From Gammaproteobacteria bacterium (GTDB taxonomy: Bacteria; Pseudomonadota; Gammaproteobacteria; Poriferisulfidales; GCA-002705445), in NCBI GenBank assembly GCA_018675635.1, contig JABGXU010000008.1, positions 195,588 to 259,587 of the forward strand: a stretch of 64,000 nucleotides of DNA, written 5' to 3'. The number at the start of each line of letters is the position of its first letter. Within the stretch, counting starts at the first letter, position 1. The notes under the pieces were generated by a model that ran no database searches, was not told the origin of the DNA, and was given only the letters and a program-made list of their open reading frames with translations. Of this stretch, positions 28,557 through 39,634 are shown in pieces. The position numbers and the translations under genes were made by a program.

Positions 28557-29912
28557 ATGATTAAAAAGTTATTGATAGCAAATAGAGGCGAAATAGCATT
28601 ACGTATTTTAAGAGCATGCAAGGATCTGGGAATTAAAACTGTAGCAGTTCATTCAGAAGTGGATAGAAATTTAATGCATGTAAAATTAGCTGATGAGTCT
28701 GTATGCATAGGCCCAGCTGACTCTAAAGAAAGTTATTTATCGTCGTCATCTATTATTAGTGCAGCAGAAATTACAAATTCTGATGCTATTCATCCTGGGT
28801 TTGGTTTCTTATCAGAAAATGCTGATTTTGCAGAACAGGTTATAAAATCAGATTTTATATTTGTTGGTCCAAAATCTGAAACAATAAGATTAATGGGGGA
28901 TAAAATCTTAGCGAAAAAAGCTATGAATGATGTAGGTATTACAGGAATACCTGGCTCTAAAGGACCAGTATCTAAAGACAATAAAGAAAATAAAAAAATA
29001 GCTAAATCTGTAGGTTATCCCGTATTGATTAAAGCATCACATGGTGGTGGTGGTCGCGGAATGCGAGTAGTAGAGCACGAACAAAACCTCGAAGAAGCTA
29101 TAAAGCTAACAAAAAATGAAGCCAAATTAGCATTTGGCAATGATACAGTTTTTATAGAAAAATTTTTAGAAACTCCAAGACATATAGAATTTCAAGTTCT
29201 TTGTGATAATTTTGGTAATTCTATATGTTTAGGTGAAAGAGATTGTTCAATGCAAAGAAAGCACCAAAAAGTTATCGAGGAAGCACCTGCTATTGGTGTA
29301 TCGGCCGTGGTCAGAAAAAAAATGATGAAATTGGTTGTTAGCGCATGTAAGAAAATAAACTACATTGGCGCAGGAACATTTGAGTTTTTATATCAAAATG
29401 ATGAATTTTATTTTATTGAAATGAATACAAGAATTCAGGTAGAGCATCCAGTAACAGAAATGATTACAGGTATTGATATTGTTAGGCAGCAATTATTGAT
29501 AGCTTCAGGGGAAAAAATTGGTTATTCACAAGAGCAAGTAGAAATAAAAGGCCATGCAATAGAGTGTAGAATAAATGCTGAAAATTCAAAAACTTTTATT
29601 CCATGTCCTGGAAAAATAGAGCAATTTCATGCTCCAGGTGGACCTGGAGTAAGGATGGATACTCATATATATAATGGTTATACAGTTCCCCCAAATTATG
29701 ATTCAATGATAGGTAAGCTAATATCATATGGTAATAATAGGAATGCTGCCATCAGAAGAATGAGTAACGCTTTAAACGAAATTGTTATAGACGGAATTGA
29801 GACTAATATTGATCTTCAAAAAAAATTAATTGTGGATCCTGAATTTCAAAAAGGTGGTTTTAGTATAAATTATTTAGAAAATAAATTTAAAAAAGAAAAT
29901 GGATCAAGATAA
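28557..29912 (+). CDS. accC: acetyl-CoA carboxylase biotin carboxylase subunit
   Basis: [26 protein letters not shown] and an ATP-grasp domain are present. Confidence 0.95.
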   Translation: MIKKLLIANRGEIALRILRACKDLGIKTVAVHSEVDRNLMHVKLADESVCIGPADSKESYLSSSSIISAAEITNSDAIHPGFGFLSENADFAEQVIKSDFIFVGPKSETIRLMGDKILAKKAMNDVGITGIPGSKGPVSKDNKENKKIAKSVGYPVLIKASHGGGGRGMRVVEHEQNLEEAIKLTKNEAKLAFGNDTVFIEKFLETPRHIEFQVLCDNFGNSICLGERDCSMQRKHQKVIEEAPAIGVSAVVRKKMMKLVVSACKKINYIGAGTFEFLYQNDEFYFIEMNTRIQVEHPVTEMITGIDIVRQQLLIASGEKIGYSQEQVEIKGHAIECRINAENSKTFIPCPGKIEQFHAPGGPGVRMDTHIYNGYTVPPNYDSMIGKLISYGNNRNAAIRRMSNALNEIVIDGIETNIDLQKKLIVDPEFQKGGFSINYLENKFKKENGSR

Positions 29913-30144
29913 GTCAAATAAATTACTTAGAGAATTTGTAAGACAATCAATGAAAGAGTATTTTAAAAAAACTGATGGTTTTCCAATAAATAATATATAT
30001 GGTTTAGTAGTTGGAGAGGTCGAAAAGCCATTAATTGAAGAGACAATTAAATATTGCAAAGGCAATCAGTCTAAAGCTTCAGAGATACTTGGTTTAAGTA
30101 GAGGTACTTTAAGGAAAAAAATGAAGCAGTATAATATTACATAA
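29899..30144 (+). CDS. fis: DNA-binding protein Fis
   Basis: The C-terminal [27 protein letters not shown] aligns with E. coli Fis [24 protein letters not shown]. Confidence 0.9.
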   Translation: MDQDKSNKLLREFVRQSMKEYFKKTDGFPINNIYGLVVGEVEKPLIEETIKYCKGNQSKASEILGLSRGTLRKKMKQYNIT

Positions 30145-30158
30145 ATAGGTACTAGATT

Positions 30159-31712
30159 TTGAGCACAAATAAAAAATTTGCACTTATAAGCGTTTCTGAT
30201 AAATCTAAGTTAGAAGAAATAGCAAAGTTTTTAATTAAAAATAATTTTGAAATTATTTCCACAGGTGGAACACATAAAAAATTAGAAGAATTAAATATAC
30301 CGGTAATATCAATTTCTGAAGTAACAAAATTTCCTGAGATTATGAATGGTAGAGTTAAAACACTACATCCTAATATTCATGCTGGTCTTTTGGCAAGAAA
30401 ATCTGATAATAAAATATTAAATGAACTAAATATACGAAGAATTGACGTTTTAATTGTAAATTTTTATCCATTTGAAAGTACAATTAATAAAGCTAATGTA
30501 AGTTTTGAAGAAGCAATAGAAAATATTGATATTGGCGGACCTGCAATGGTTCGTGCTGCTGCAAAAAACTATAAGAATTGCTGTGTTATCACAAATCCTG
30601 ATGATTATAAAAAATTTATTAAAATCTATGATAGTAATAAATTAATAAACAAGGATTTATATAAAGAAATGTCCTTAAAAGCTTTTCAATGTGTTGCTCA
30701 TTATGATATTTGTATTGCTAATTATTTAGGAGAAAAAATTAGCAATGAAAATTTTCCAAAATTCTATTCATTCAAAAAAATTAAAGATTTACGATATGGT
30801 GAAAACCCTCATCAGAAAGCTTCTTTGTACCAAGATTTTGGACAAAGACAAATAAGTATTGTAAATTCAAAAATATATCAGGGAAAAGAATTATCTTATA
30901 ATAATATTGTTGATGGTGATGCAGCATTGTCATGTGTATTAAACTACGAAAAACCATCATGCGTAATAGTTAAGCATGCAAATCCATGCGGTGTATCAAG
31001 TAATATTACTTTGAAGGAAGCGTATATTAATGCATATGAAACCGATCCGGTTTCTGCATTTGGTGGTGTAATAGCATTTAATAAAATTGTAGATGACGAA
31101 TTAATAAAAAATATTTTAGAAAGACAATTTGTTGAATTAATAATAGCGCCAGAGTTTTCAAAAAAGTCATTAGAGTATGCAAAAACAAAAAAGAATATTC
31201 GTATTATAGAATATAATAGTTATAAAAAATTGGAAAATAATGCATCAAGCCAAATAAAAAATATTAGTGATGGAGTATTGATACAAGAAGTTGACTCATC
31301 AATGGATGACAATCAAGAAAAATATAAAGTGGTTTCAAAAAAAATTCCTACAAAAAAAGAATTATCTGATTTATATTTTGCATGGGTTGTTGCTAAATAT
31401 GTTAAATCAAATGCTATCGTTTTTGCTAAGAATAATAAAACATTAGGTATAGGCGCTGGCCAAATGAGTAGAATTGATTCAACATATATTGCCTCTAAAA
31501 AAGCATATCAACAAAATTTGGAATTGATGGGAGCAGTTATGGCGTCTGATGCTTTTTTTCCATTTTCTGATAATGTTGAAAAAGCTGTTGAGTTAGGCAT
31601 ATCTGCGATTATACAACCAGGAGGCTCACAAAATGACCAGGAAGTAATAGACAAATCAGACGAGTTAAATGTAAGTTTAGTATTTACAGGTATAAGGCAT
31701 TTTAGGCATTAG
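30159..31712 (+). CDS. purH: bifunctional AICAR transformylase/IMP cyclohydrolase
   Basis: ALISVSDKS...ISTGGT...FPEIMNGRVKTLHP are present. The start is TTG. Confidence 0.95.
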   Translation: MSTNKKFALISVSDKSKLEEIAKFLIKNNFEIISTGGTHKKLEELNIPVISISEVTKFPEIMNGRVKTLHPNIHAGLLARKSDNKILNELNIRRIDVLIVNFYPFESTINKANVSFEEAIENIDIGGPAMVRAAAKNYKNCCVITNPDDYKKFIKIYDSNKLINKDLYKEMSLKAFQCVAHYDICIANYLGEKISNENFPKFYSFKKIKDLRYGENPHQKASLYQDFGQRQISIVNSKIYQGKELSYNNIVDGDAALSCVLNYEKPSCVIVKHANPCGVSSNITLKEAYINAYETDPVSAFGGVIAFNKIVDDELIKNILERQFVELIIAPEFSKKSLEYAKTKKNIRIIEYNSYKKLENNASSQIKNISDGVLIQEVDSSMDDNQEKYKVVSKKIPTKKELSDLYFAWVVAKYVKSNAIVFAKNNKTLGIGAGQMSRIDSTYIASKKAYQQNLELMGAVMASDAFFPFSDNVEKAVELGISAIIQPGGSQNDQEVIDKSDELNVSLVFTGIRHFRH

Positions 31713-31714
31713 AT

Positions 31715-33004
31715 ATGAATTTATTAATTATTGGCGGCGGCGGTAGAGAACATGCAATAGTATGGAAGGTATCTCAATCTAATAAAGTAAGTAAAATTTT
31801 TGTTACTCCAGGTAATCCTGGCATAGCAAATGAAAATAAAGTAACTCTTGTTAGTATAGATAATCCAAATATCAAAGATTATGTTCAGTTAGCAATAGAG
31901 AAAAATATTGATCTTACAATTGTCGGTCCAGAAGATCCTTTGGTAGAAGGAATAGTTGATGAATTTAATAAAAATAATTTATTAATATTCGGGCCAAATA
32001 AATTAGCATCACAATTAGAAGGATCAAAAGACTTTTGCAAAAAAATATTAAATTCTGCAAATGTTCTTACTGCGAAACATGAGTCATTTAAAGACCCTAT
32101 ATCTGCAAATAATTATATAAAAAATCAAAACATGCCAATTGTAATAAAAGCTGATGGTCTTGCTGCAGGGAAAGGCGTTTTTATTATGAAAGATAAAAAT
32201 GAGGCATGTAAATTAATAAATGATTTATTTGATGCGAAGATAAATGGCATTAAAACATCTTTGGTAATAGTTGAAGAATTTTTAAAAGGCGAAGAAGCAA
32301 GCTTTATATGTTTAGTTTCTGGAGATACAGTTATACCAATAGCTTCATCAAAAGATCATAAGAAACTATGTGATGCAGACCTAGGGCCCAATACAGGGGG
32401 AATGGGAGCATATTCTCCTACTAAACTTATAAATACTGATATGTCAGAAAATGTTATCAATAAAATTATTTTACCTACAATAAAAGAGCTAAAAAAAATT
32501 AATATAAATTATCAGGGTTTTCTTTATGCGGGATTAATGATAGATAAAAATAAAAATGCATATGTTTTAGAATATAATTGCAGATTAGGTGACCCAGAAG
32601 CTCAAGCAATACTTATGAGGCTTGATAGTGATATTATCAATATGTTTTTATCTACAATAAATAATCAACTAGATAAATTGGAAATAAAATGGAAGAAAGA
32701 AAGCGCTTGTACAATTGTTCTTGCGTCTGAAGGATATCCTGGTAAATATGAAAAAAATAATAAAATTAATGGGTTAGATTATGAAGTAAATGATGTAAAA
32801 ATTTTCCATTCTGGAACTAAATTAAATGATGGCTCTGTTGTTACAAATGGAGGCAGGGTATTAGCCGTAACAGCATTAGGGATAAATCTTCAAATAGCAC
32901 AAGCTAAAGCATATGATAGATGTAGTCAAATATCTTGGGATGGAAAAATTAAAAGAAATGATATTGGAAACAAAGAAATAAATAATAAATTTATCTTTTC
33001 ATAG
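31715..33004 (+). CDS. purD: phosphoribosylamine--glycine ligase
   Basis: [18 protein letters not shown] and an ATP-grasp domain are present, and purH-purD are adjacent. Confidence 0.95.
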   Translation: MNLLIIGGGGREHAIVWKVSQSNKVSKIFVTPGNPGIANENKVTLVSIDNPNIKDYVQLAIEKNIDLTIVGPEDPLVEGIVDEFNKNNLLIFGPNKLASQLEGSKDFCKKILNSANVLTAKHESFKDPISANNYIKNQNMPIVIKADGLAAGKGVFIMKDKNEACKLINDLFDAKINGIKTSLVIVEEFLKGEEASFICLVSGDTVIPIASSKDHKKLCDADLGPNTGGMGAYSPTKLINTDMSENVINKIILPTIKELKKININYQGFLYAGLMIDKNKNAYVLEYNCRLGDPEAQAILMRLDSDIINMFLSTINNQLDKLEIKWKKESACTIVLASEGYPGKYEKNNKINGLDYEVNDVKIFHSGTKLNDGSVVTNGGRVLAVTALGINLQIAQAKAYDRCSQISWDGKIKRNDIGNKEINNKFIFS

Positions 33005-34247
33005 ATTCAAAGAATTCACTATTTGTTTTTGTTGTTTTTAATTTATCTAACAAAAACTCAACAGCTTCAATTTCATCCATGGAATGCATGAATTTTCTTA
33101 ATATCCACATTCTTTGAAGTTCTTCTGGTGACGTTAAAAGTTCTTCTCTTCTTGTTCCAGATTTATTAATACCAATCGCTGGGTATACTCTTTTCTCTGC
33201 TATTCTTCTGTCTAAGTGTATTTCACTATTACCGGTACCTTTAAATTCTTCAAATATTACTTCATCCATTTTAGATCCAGTGTCAACAAGTGCTGTTGCT
33301 AAAATTGTAAGTGATCCACCTTCTTCTATATTTCTGGCTGCCCCAAAGAATCTTTTTGGTCTATGTAGCGCATTAGCGTCAACACCACCAGATAAAACTT
33401 TTCCAGATGAAGGAGAGACAGTGTTATAAGCTCTTGCAAGTCTAGTGATAGAATCTAATAGAATAACCACATCCTTTTTGTGTTCAACAAGTCTCTTTGC
33501 TTTTTCAATCACCATTTCTGCTACTTGCACATGTCTCGTAGCTGGCTCATCAAATGTACTAGAAACAACTTCACCATCTACCATGCGAGCCATTTCTGTA
33601 ACCTCTTCAGGTCTTTCATCTATAAGTAATATAATTAGATGACACTCTGGATTATTAGTTGTAATGCTTTGTGCAATATTTTGAAGCATTATAGTTTTAC
33701 CAGCTTTTGGTGGAGAAACAACTAATCCCCTTTGACCTTTACCAATCGGTGCGATTATATCTATTATTCTAGCAGTAATATCTTCACTGCTTCCATTCCC
33801 TCTCTCTAATTTAATTCTTTTTTCAGCATGCAAAGGTGTTAAATTTTCAAATAATATTTTTCTTTTTGCATTTTCAGGAGATTCATAATTAATTTGATCT
33901 ACTTTAAGCATCGCAAAATATCTTTCTGTATCTTTAGGAGGTCTAATTTTTCCTGATACTGTATCTCCGGTGCGCAAACCAAATTTCCTAATTTGGCTTG
34001 GTGAAACATATATATCATCAGGACCTGCAAGATATGAACTATTTGAAGATCTTAGAAATCCAAATCCATCTTGAAGAATCTCTAACACACCATCTCCAAA
34101 TATATCTTCACCATTTTTTGCATGGGATTTTAATATAGAAAAAATTACTTCTTGTTTTCTTGCTCTAGCTATATTTTCTATACTCATATCTGCAGCCATA
34201 GTCATTAAATCTGCTGGGCTTTTTTTCTTTAACTCTGTTAAGTTCAT
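32991..34247 (-). CDS. rho: transcription termination factor Rho
   Basis: [15 protein letters not shown], a CSD-like N-terminus and a RecA-like ATPase with Walker A GKT are present. Confidence 0.95.
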   Translation of the reverse strand: MNLTELKKKSPADLMTMAADMSIENIARARKQEVIFSILKSHAKNGEDIFGDGVLEILQDGFGFLRSSNSSYLAGPDDIYVSPSQIRKFGLRTGDTVSGKIRPPKDTERYFAMLKVDQINYESPENAKRKILFENLTPLHAEKRIKLERGNGSSEDITARIIDIIAPIGKGQRGLVVSPPKAGKTIMLQNIAQSITTNNPECHLIILLIDERPEEVTEMARMVDGEVVSSTFDEPATRHVQVAEMVIEKAKRLVEHKKDVVILLDSITRLARAYNTVSPSSGKVLSGGVDANALHRPKRFFGAARNIEEGGSLTILATALVDTGSKMDEVIFEEFKGTGNSEIHLDRRIAEKRVYPAIGINKSGTRREELLTSPEELQRMWILRKFMHSMDEIEAVEFLLDKLKTTKTNSEFFESMKR

Positions 34248-34400
34248 AATAATTTTTACCTAAGGAATTTTGTAGATTATATAAAGGATTAATGCGTTTT
34301 TTTATAATTTGACGCGTGAAATTTTTTCTTTGAAGTGCTAAATCTACTACTGAAATTGAAAGTTAACATTAATTATAACTTTCGTCTAGCTTTTTTTTAA

Positions 34401-34727
34401 CTAAATATTGTCCTCAATAAATTTTTTTAAATCATTTTTACTTAAAGCGCCTACTTTTGTTCCTACAGGTTCACCGTCTTTAAAAAGCATTAGCGTAGGT
34501 ATGCCACGTATTCCATATTTTGGAGGTGTTTGTGAGTTTTCATCAACATTTAGTTTGCCTACCAATACTCTGCCTTCCATCTCATCAGCAATTTCTTCTA
34601 GTATTGGAGTAATCATTTTGCAAGGCCCGCACCATTCAGCCCAGTAATCAACTAATATTGGTTTTTCTGATTTAATGACTAAATTTTCGAAATCTGTATC
34701 TGTTATTTTTAATATTGATTCTGACAT
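34401..34727 (-). CDS. trxA: thioredoxin 1
   Basis: The WCGPC active site is present in a 108-aa protein, upstream of rho as in E. coli. Confidence 0.95.
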   Translation of the reverse strand: MSESILKITDTDFENLVIKSEKPILVDYWAEWCGPCKMITPILEEIADEMEGRVLVGKLNVDENSQTPPKYGIRGIPTLMLFKDGEPVGTKVGALSKNDLKKFIEDNI

Positions 34728-34806
34728 AAATTTTCCTTAAATAATTTTTTTGATTAGTTTTTTATTATACATATAATTACTTTAAATCAAGATATTTTCT
34801 TGATTA

Positions 34807-35973
34807 TTATGTATCTTCATAAATAATTCTCCATTTTCCGTCTTTTTCTTTCTTCCAGAATAATTTTTTATTTGTAGCAGTTTTAAAATTATTGCTTTCA
34901 TAAAATTGTCTAAAATCAGCATATATTAAATTTCTTTGCTCAGGATAAAAAAATAAGTTTAGATTTTTAATATTTATTTTAATGAAAGTTTTGTTCCCAA
35001 TTATTCTTAAAATATGCGCAACTCTTTTCTCAAAATCATGTGTTTTACTATTAAAATTAATTGAATGTTGTGCTATAAAAGAGTGTGGATCCAGACTTTC
35101 CCAGCTCTTTTCCCATTCTTTTATGAAATTATTTGCTTCTTCTTTATTTTGGTGCCACTTATTTCTTTTTATCCAATTTACGTTTTCTACTAATAGAACT
35201 GGTGTTTTGCCTATTTCAGTGTATTTTTTTAATTTCTGCAGGGTTCTGTTGCTCGTTACAACGCAACCTTCACTAGTAAGCGGAGGTCTACTATAAACAT
35301 CCCTAGGAACTCCGTGAATCCATATACCGTAACCAGTTTTATTATTTCTTATATCCCATGAGTTTGGATAATTTATAGGGTATGCTCCATTACCATATAG
35401 TTCCGGAAGATCTTCATCTATTAAATGTGAAGTAATCTTATAAACGCCGATAGGGGTTTTATTATCACCAGAGATTGATTTATTGTAACCACCTTTACCA
35501 ATAGAAACATAATAATCTGCAATAATTTCTGGAATCCCACTATTATTTTTTACTAAATATAATCTTGATTTAGATAGTTCAATTAAAAAAGCATATTTAA
35601 CATTATCAGATAATTGAACTATTGATTTAGGTAAAAGATCATTTTTTTTATATACAGAAGTAAAATTTATTCTAGCCTTTGCTTCACTCTTTAAATCATT
35701 TATTTTTTTGTCTTTAGATTTACTACTGAGTACTGGTTTTTTTTGTAGATGTGATGATAATAAATCAGCATAAATTACTTTTCCTAATTTAAAATTTGGG
35801 TAATTTTTACTTAATTTTTCAGCAATAAATAAAGCTTCTTCATTACTGCCATTTCTCATGTAGTCAATTATTTTTAAAAGTTCAATTTCTGCTTTTTCAT
35901 TTGGAGAAATTATTTCATCAGCATAAATATTATTAACAAATAATATAATTAATAAAAGATATAGAGTGCGCAT
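34807..35973 (-). CDS. L,D-transpeptidase (YkuD domain) with signal peptide and C-terminal NTF2-like domain
   Basis: The YkuD catalytic motif IHGVP...SEGCVVTSNRTL is present. Its C-terminal domain is paralogous to the C-terminus of the upstream TPR gene. Confidence 0.7.
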   Translation of the reverse strand: MRTLYLLLIILFVNNIYADEIISPNEKAEIELLKIIDYMRNGSNEEALFIAEKLSKNYPNFKLGKVIYADLLSSHLQKKPVLSSKSKDKKINDLKSEAKARINFTSVYKKNDLLPKSIVQLSDNVKYAFLIELSKSRLYLVKNNSGIPEIIADYYVSIGKGGYNKSISGDNKTPIGVYKITSHLIDEDLPELYGNGAYPINYPNSWDIRNNKTGYGIWIHGVPRDVYSRPPLTSEGCVVTSNRTLQKLKKYTEIGKTPVLLVENVNWIKRNKWHQNKEEANNFIKEWEKSWESLDPHSFIAQHSINFNSKTHDFEKRVAHILRIIGNKTFIKINIKNLNLFFYPEQRNLIYADFRQFYESNNFKTATNKKLFWKKEKDGKWRIIYEDT

Positions 35974-36788
35974 TATTTAAGAATGTATTCTCCAGTTATC
36001 TTAAAACTATTATTTATTATGACTAATGTGGCATGTTTATTAACAACATCTGAAAATGAGTCTGAATTATAATTTTGTGTAAATTGAAGTAATACATTTT
36101 TATTACCAAAATTTATAACTTTAAAATTTAAAATTTTAACTTTTATATTTTTTTTACTTAAAATTTTATTTTTCCTATCTGTTTCCCATAATATTCTAGA
36201 TTTATATTTCTTAGGAAAATAGCCTTTTTTATAGTAATTAAAATATTCTTGATAGTTTTTGTTTTCCCATGATCGAGCCCAATTGTTAATAAACTCTTGT
36301 GCTCTACCAGAATCAATTGACTGAATATTCTCAATATTAGTTTTTTTGGTTACTGTGTTATTTGTTATTTCATTTTTAATTGTCATTGTATCTAATGCTT
36401 TTGCTAATATTAATTTGATGCTATTTTTTTCTGAATCTTTAATTGAGAGTGCTTCCTCATATAAGATATTTGCCTGATAAGCATACAAACTTGTTAAATT
36501 TTTGTAGATAATTTCTATATTTTTATTATTGCTTATAGATTGTCTTAGTATTTTTACTGCAGTATCTATATTGCCTTGTTTTGCTTCTATATAAGCAATG
36601 TTATTTATAACTTGATCATTCTTTGGATGATTTTTTAATATATTTTTTAAAATATTTTTAGCTGCTGAAAAATTCTCTATAAGAATTAATTCATTTGCTG
36701 CATTAAATTTCTCAAAATTATCTACTGAAAATGCTGGGCAAATATTTGAAGCAATCAAGAAAAAAAAAATTACTGTTTTTTTACGCAT
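35973..36788 (-). CDS. secreted TPR-repeat protein with C-terminal NTF2-like domain
   Basis: A signal peptide and TPR-like repeats are present. The C-terminal EFINNWARSWENKNYQEYF resembles the downstream gene's NNFIKEWEKSWESLDPHSF. Confidence 0.55.
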   Translation of the reverse strand: MRKKTVIFFFLIASNICPAFSVDNFEKFNAANELILIENFSAAKNILKNILKNHPKNDQVINNIAYIEAKQGNIDTAVKILRQSISNNKNIEIIYKNLTSLYAYQANILYEEALSIKDSEKNSIKLILAKALDTMTIKNEITNNTVTKKTNIENIQSIDSGRAQEFINNWARSWENKNYQEYFNYYKKGYFPKKYKSRILWETDRKNKILSKKNIKVKILNFKVINFGNKNVLLQFTQNYNSDSFSDVVNKHATLVIINNSFKITGEYILK

Positions 36789-36885
36789 TTAATATTATGT
36801 TAAGTTATTGTATTATTGTAATTATATTACATATCATTATATGTTAAAAAGTGGATAATACAATAATCTTAAAATTGGAAAAGCT

Positions 36886-37776
36886 ATGAATATAACTATA
36901 CTGGGTGGCACTGGTTTTGTGGGAATGAGTATAATTAATTGTCTCGCTAAAACTGAAAACAATGTAACTATTATAACTCGTGATCGTGAAAAAAATAAAA
37001 AAATATTAGTATATCCCCGTGTAAAATTAATTGAGGCAGATGTTCATAATTTAGAAGCTTTAGCTTCATATACTAAAAATACAGACGTTTTAGTTAATTT
37101 AATCGGAATATTGAATGAAAAAGGGCATTCAGGAAGAGGATTTAGAAAGGCACATAGTGATTTAGCAAGAAATATACTAAATGTCTGCAAGCTGAACAAC
37201 ATTAAACGAATATTACATATGAGCGCTTTAAATGCCGATCCTAAAGGCAATAGTCATTATTTAAGAACTAAAGGCGAGGCTGAAAGTTACTTGATGACAT
37301 ATGGGAAAAGATTTGCAAATGTAACTATATTTAAGCCCTCAGTAATTTTTGGGAAAAACGACAATTTTATTTTAAGATTTAGCAATTTATTAAATTTTAT
37401 GCCATTTATATTTCCTTTAGCATGCCATGAAGCTAAATTTGCCCCTGTTTATGTAGAAGAGTTGTCTGAGTTTATTGTAAATTCAATAAAAAATACAAAA
37501 AGCTTTAATAAGAAATATGATTTATCTGGGCCAAAAGACTATACTCTAAAAGAGATATTGGAATTAATTATCCAAACTAAAAAAAGGAAAATTAAAGTAA
37601 TACCCTTATCAAAAAAATTATCTAAATTACAAGCCATAATAATGGAGTTTATTCCAGGAAAACCTTTTTCAATAGATAATTTTAATTCATGTCAGATAGA
37701 TAGTATTTGCAGTTCAGATTATAATTTTTATTCTGACTTAGAAACTATAATACCTACTTATATTAACCCACAATAA
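36886..37776 (+). CDS. NAD(P)-binding epimerase/dehydratase-family (NmrA/NDUFA9-like) protein
   Basis: MNITILGGTGFVGMSII is an N-terminal Rossmann GxxGxxG. Confidence 0.7.
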   Translation: MNITILGGTGFVGMSIINCLAKTENNVTIITRDREKNKKILVYPRVKLIEADVHNLEALASYTKNTDVLVNLIGILNEKGHSGRGFRKAHSDLARNILNVCKLNNIKRILHMSALNADPKGNSHYLRTKGEAESYLMTYGKRFANVTIFKPSVIFGKNDNFILRFSNLLNFMPFIFPLACHEAKFAPVYVEELSEFIVNSIKNTKSFNKKYDLSGPKDYTLKEILELIIQTKKRKIKVIPLSKKLSKLQAIIMEFIPGKPFSIDNFNSCQIDSICSSDYNFYSDLETIIPTYINPQ

Positions 37777-37783
37777 ATTAATA

Positions 37784-38872
37784 ATGAAAAAATATCTTGT
37801 CGGTGGTGCTGTAAGAGATAAATTATTAGGTTTAGAACCCAAAGAAAAAGATTGGGTAGTTGTAAATAGTAGCCCAGAAGAATTGATTTCTTTAGGTTAC
37901 AAACAGGTAGGTAAAAATTTTCCAGTTTTTTTGCATCCAAAAACTTTTGAAGAGTATGCATTGGCAAGGGTGGAAAAAAAAGTTAATACAGGGCACCAAG
38001 GTTTTGAATTTAATACGGAGAAAAGTGTAACTCTTGAGCAGGATTTATTAAGAAGAGATTTAACAATAAACGCGATTGCTGAAGATGGTGATAATAAATT
38101 AATAGATCCGTTTAATGGCTTAAAAGATATAGAAAATAGAGAACTTCGACATGTGTCAGATGCATTCTCAGAGGATCCACTAAGAGTATTTAGAGTAGCG
38201 CGATTTTACGCATCACTTAGTGAATATAATTTTAATATTCATGATTCAACATATATAGCAATGCAGAGTATTGTAGATTCTGGTGAAATAGAAAGTCTTT
38301 CTAGGGAAAGATTGTGGGGAGAATTTTCCAAAGCATTTAGTACGAAGGAGCCATACAAATTTTTTGAAGCATTAATTAATTCTGGTACTGCAAAAAAGTA
38401 TTTTCCTGAGGTTGTAGATAATGAAATACTTAAGAAAAAAATAATTTATTTCGCTAAACAGAATATAAGTAAAGATATATTTATATCATTAATTGGTTTT
38501 TCTGTAGATTTTCTAGAATTATTTGGATTTCCTAAAAAAATAGTAGATTTATATTTTATATTTAATGAATTTGGAGCTAAGTTTTTATCCTTAGAGTTAA
38601 AAAAAGAACTAGTTTTAAATTTTTTGAATGAATTAGATGCATTCAGGCGCCCTGATAGATTATACAATTTTTTGATACAAATTAATTGTTTTTTAGATTT
38701 TCATAACCAAGATGAAAATAGTAAAATTAATATTTTTGACGATATATTAAAAAATATTGAAAGTAAGATTAATTATGGGAATTTAAAAAATCTTAATGTT
38801 GCTCAAATTAAACAAAGTGTAGAAAATACTAATTTAAATATTATTAATAAGATTTTAAGTAAAAATACTTAA
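37784..38872 (+). CDS. cca: CCA-adding tRNA nucleotidyltransferase, short form without obvious HD domain
   Basis: The class II head LVGGAVRDKLLG...KDWVVV is present, but the 362 aa length is short of the ~410 aa of HD-containing Cca. Confidence 0.8.
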   Translation: MKKYLVGGAVRDKLLGLEPKEKDWVVVNSSPEELISLGYKQVGKNFPVFLHPKTFEEYALARVEKKVNTGHQGFEFNTEKSVTLEQDLLRRDLTINAIAEDGDNKLIDPFNGLKDIENRELRHVSDAFSEDPLRVFRVARFYASLSEYNFNIHDSTYIAMQSIVDSGEIESLSRERLWGEFSKAFSTKEPYKFFEALINSGTAKKYFPEVVDNEILKKKIIYFAKQNISKDIFISLIGFSVDFLELFGFPKKIVDLYFIFNEFGAKFLSLELKKELVLNFLNELDAFRRPDRLYNFLIQINCFLDFHNQDENSKINIFDDILKNIESKINYGNLKNLNVAQIKQSVENTNLNIINKILSKNT

Positions 38873-39634
38873 AAGAACTATTCCTAATATTAATCTGTAT
38901 ATCATAAAAGGGTAAAATCCAATTTTATTTACATATAGTATGAAATTCTTTATTACAACATATGCTACTAGAAAAGATATTATTATTGATATAAATGACG
39001 ATAAAATAATTTCAAAATTTATACTAGAAAAATTTAAGGAAAGCGTTTCATAGCACATGGCAATAAGAATTACTGGAAATGCTAGAATAATTGCAATAAT
39101 AATTGAGCTCTTTTTGTTATACCCAAGTAATAATGCCGACAATATAATTATTGCTGATCTAGATGTTCCTGGAATTAATGCTAGAGCTTGAAATAGACCA
39201 ATAATTACCATATCAATATTATTAATTTCACTAATATTTTTTGACTTTTTGCTAAATAACTCTGCTGCTAATAAAAAAAGTGCAACTGCAATAGTAGAAA
39301 TCGCAATAACTTCTAAATTTCTTAAATGATTAATAATATAATCATGAAAAAAATACCCAAAAATTAAGACTGGCAAAGAGCCAATTATAATTTTTTGAAT
39401 ATTTATATAATTTTTTGCATATTCTGTATTTATAAACTCTGTAGTATTTTTAGAATAATAATAAATAATGGCAAGTAAAGACCCAAAATGCATAGATACG
39501 TCAAGAAAAACTCCTTGGTCATTCCAACCTAAAATTTTTGGAATAAGAATTAAATGCGCAGAACTTGAAATAGGTAAAAATTCTGTAACACCTTGCACTA
39601 AAGATAATATTATTACATGAGTATAATCAATCAT
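38855..39634 (-). CDS. uppP: undecaprenyl-diphosphate phosphatase
   Basis: The GVTEFLPISSSAHL motif is present, with about 8 TM segments. Confidence 0.9.
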   Translation of the reverse strand: MIDYTHVIILSLVQGVTEFLPISSSAHLILIPKILGWNDQGVFLDVSMHFGSLLAIIYYYSKNTTEFINTEYAKNYINIQKIIIGSLPVLIFGYFFHDYIINHLRNLEVIAISTIAVALFLLAAELFSKKSKNISEINNIDMVIIGLFQALALIPGTSRSAIIILSALLLGYNKKSSIIIAIILAFPVILIAMCYETLSLNFSSINFEIILSSFISIIISFLVAYVVIKNFILYVNKIGFYPFMIYRLILGIVLLSIFT

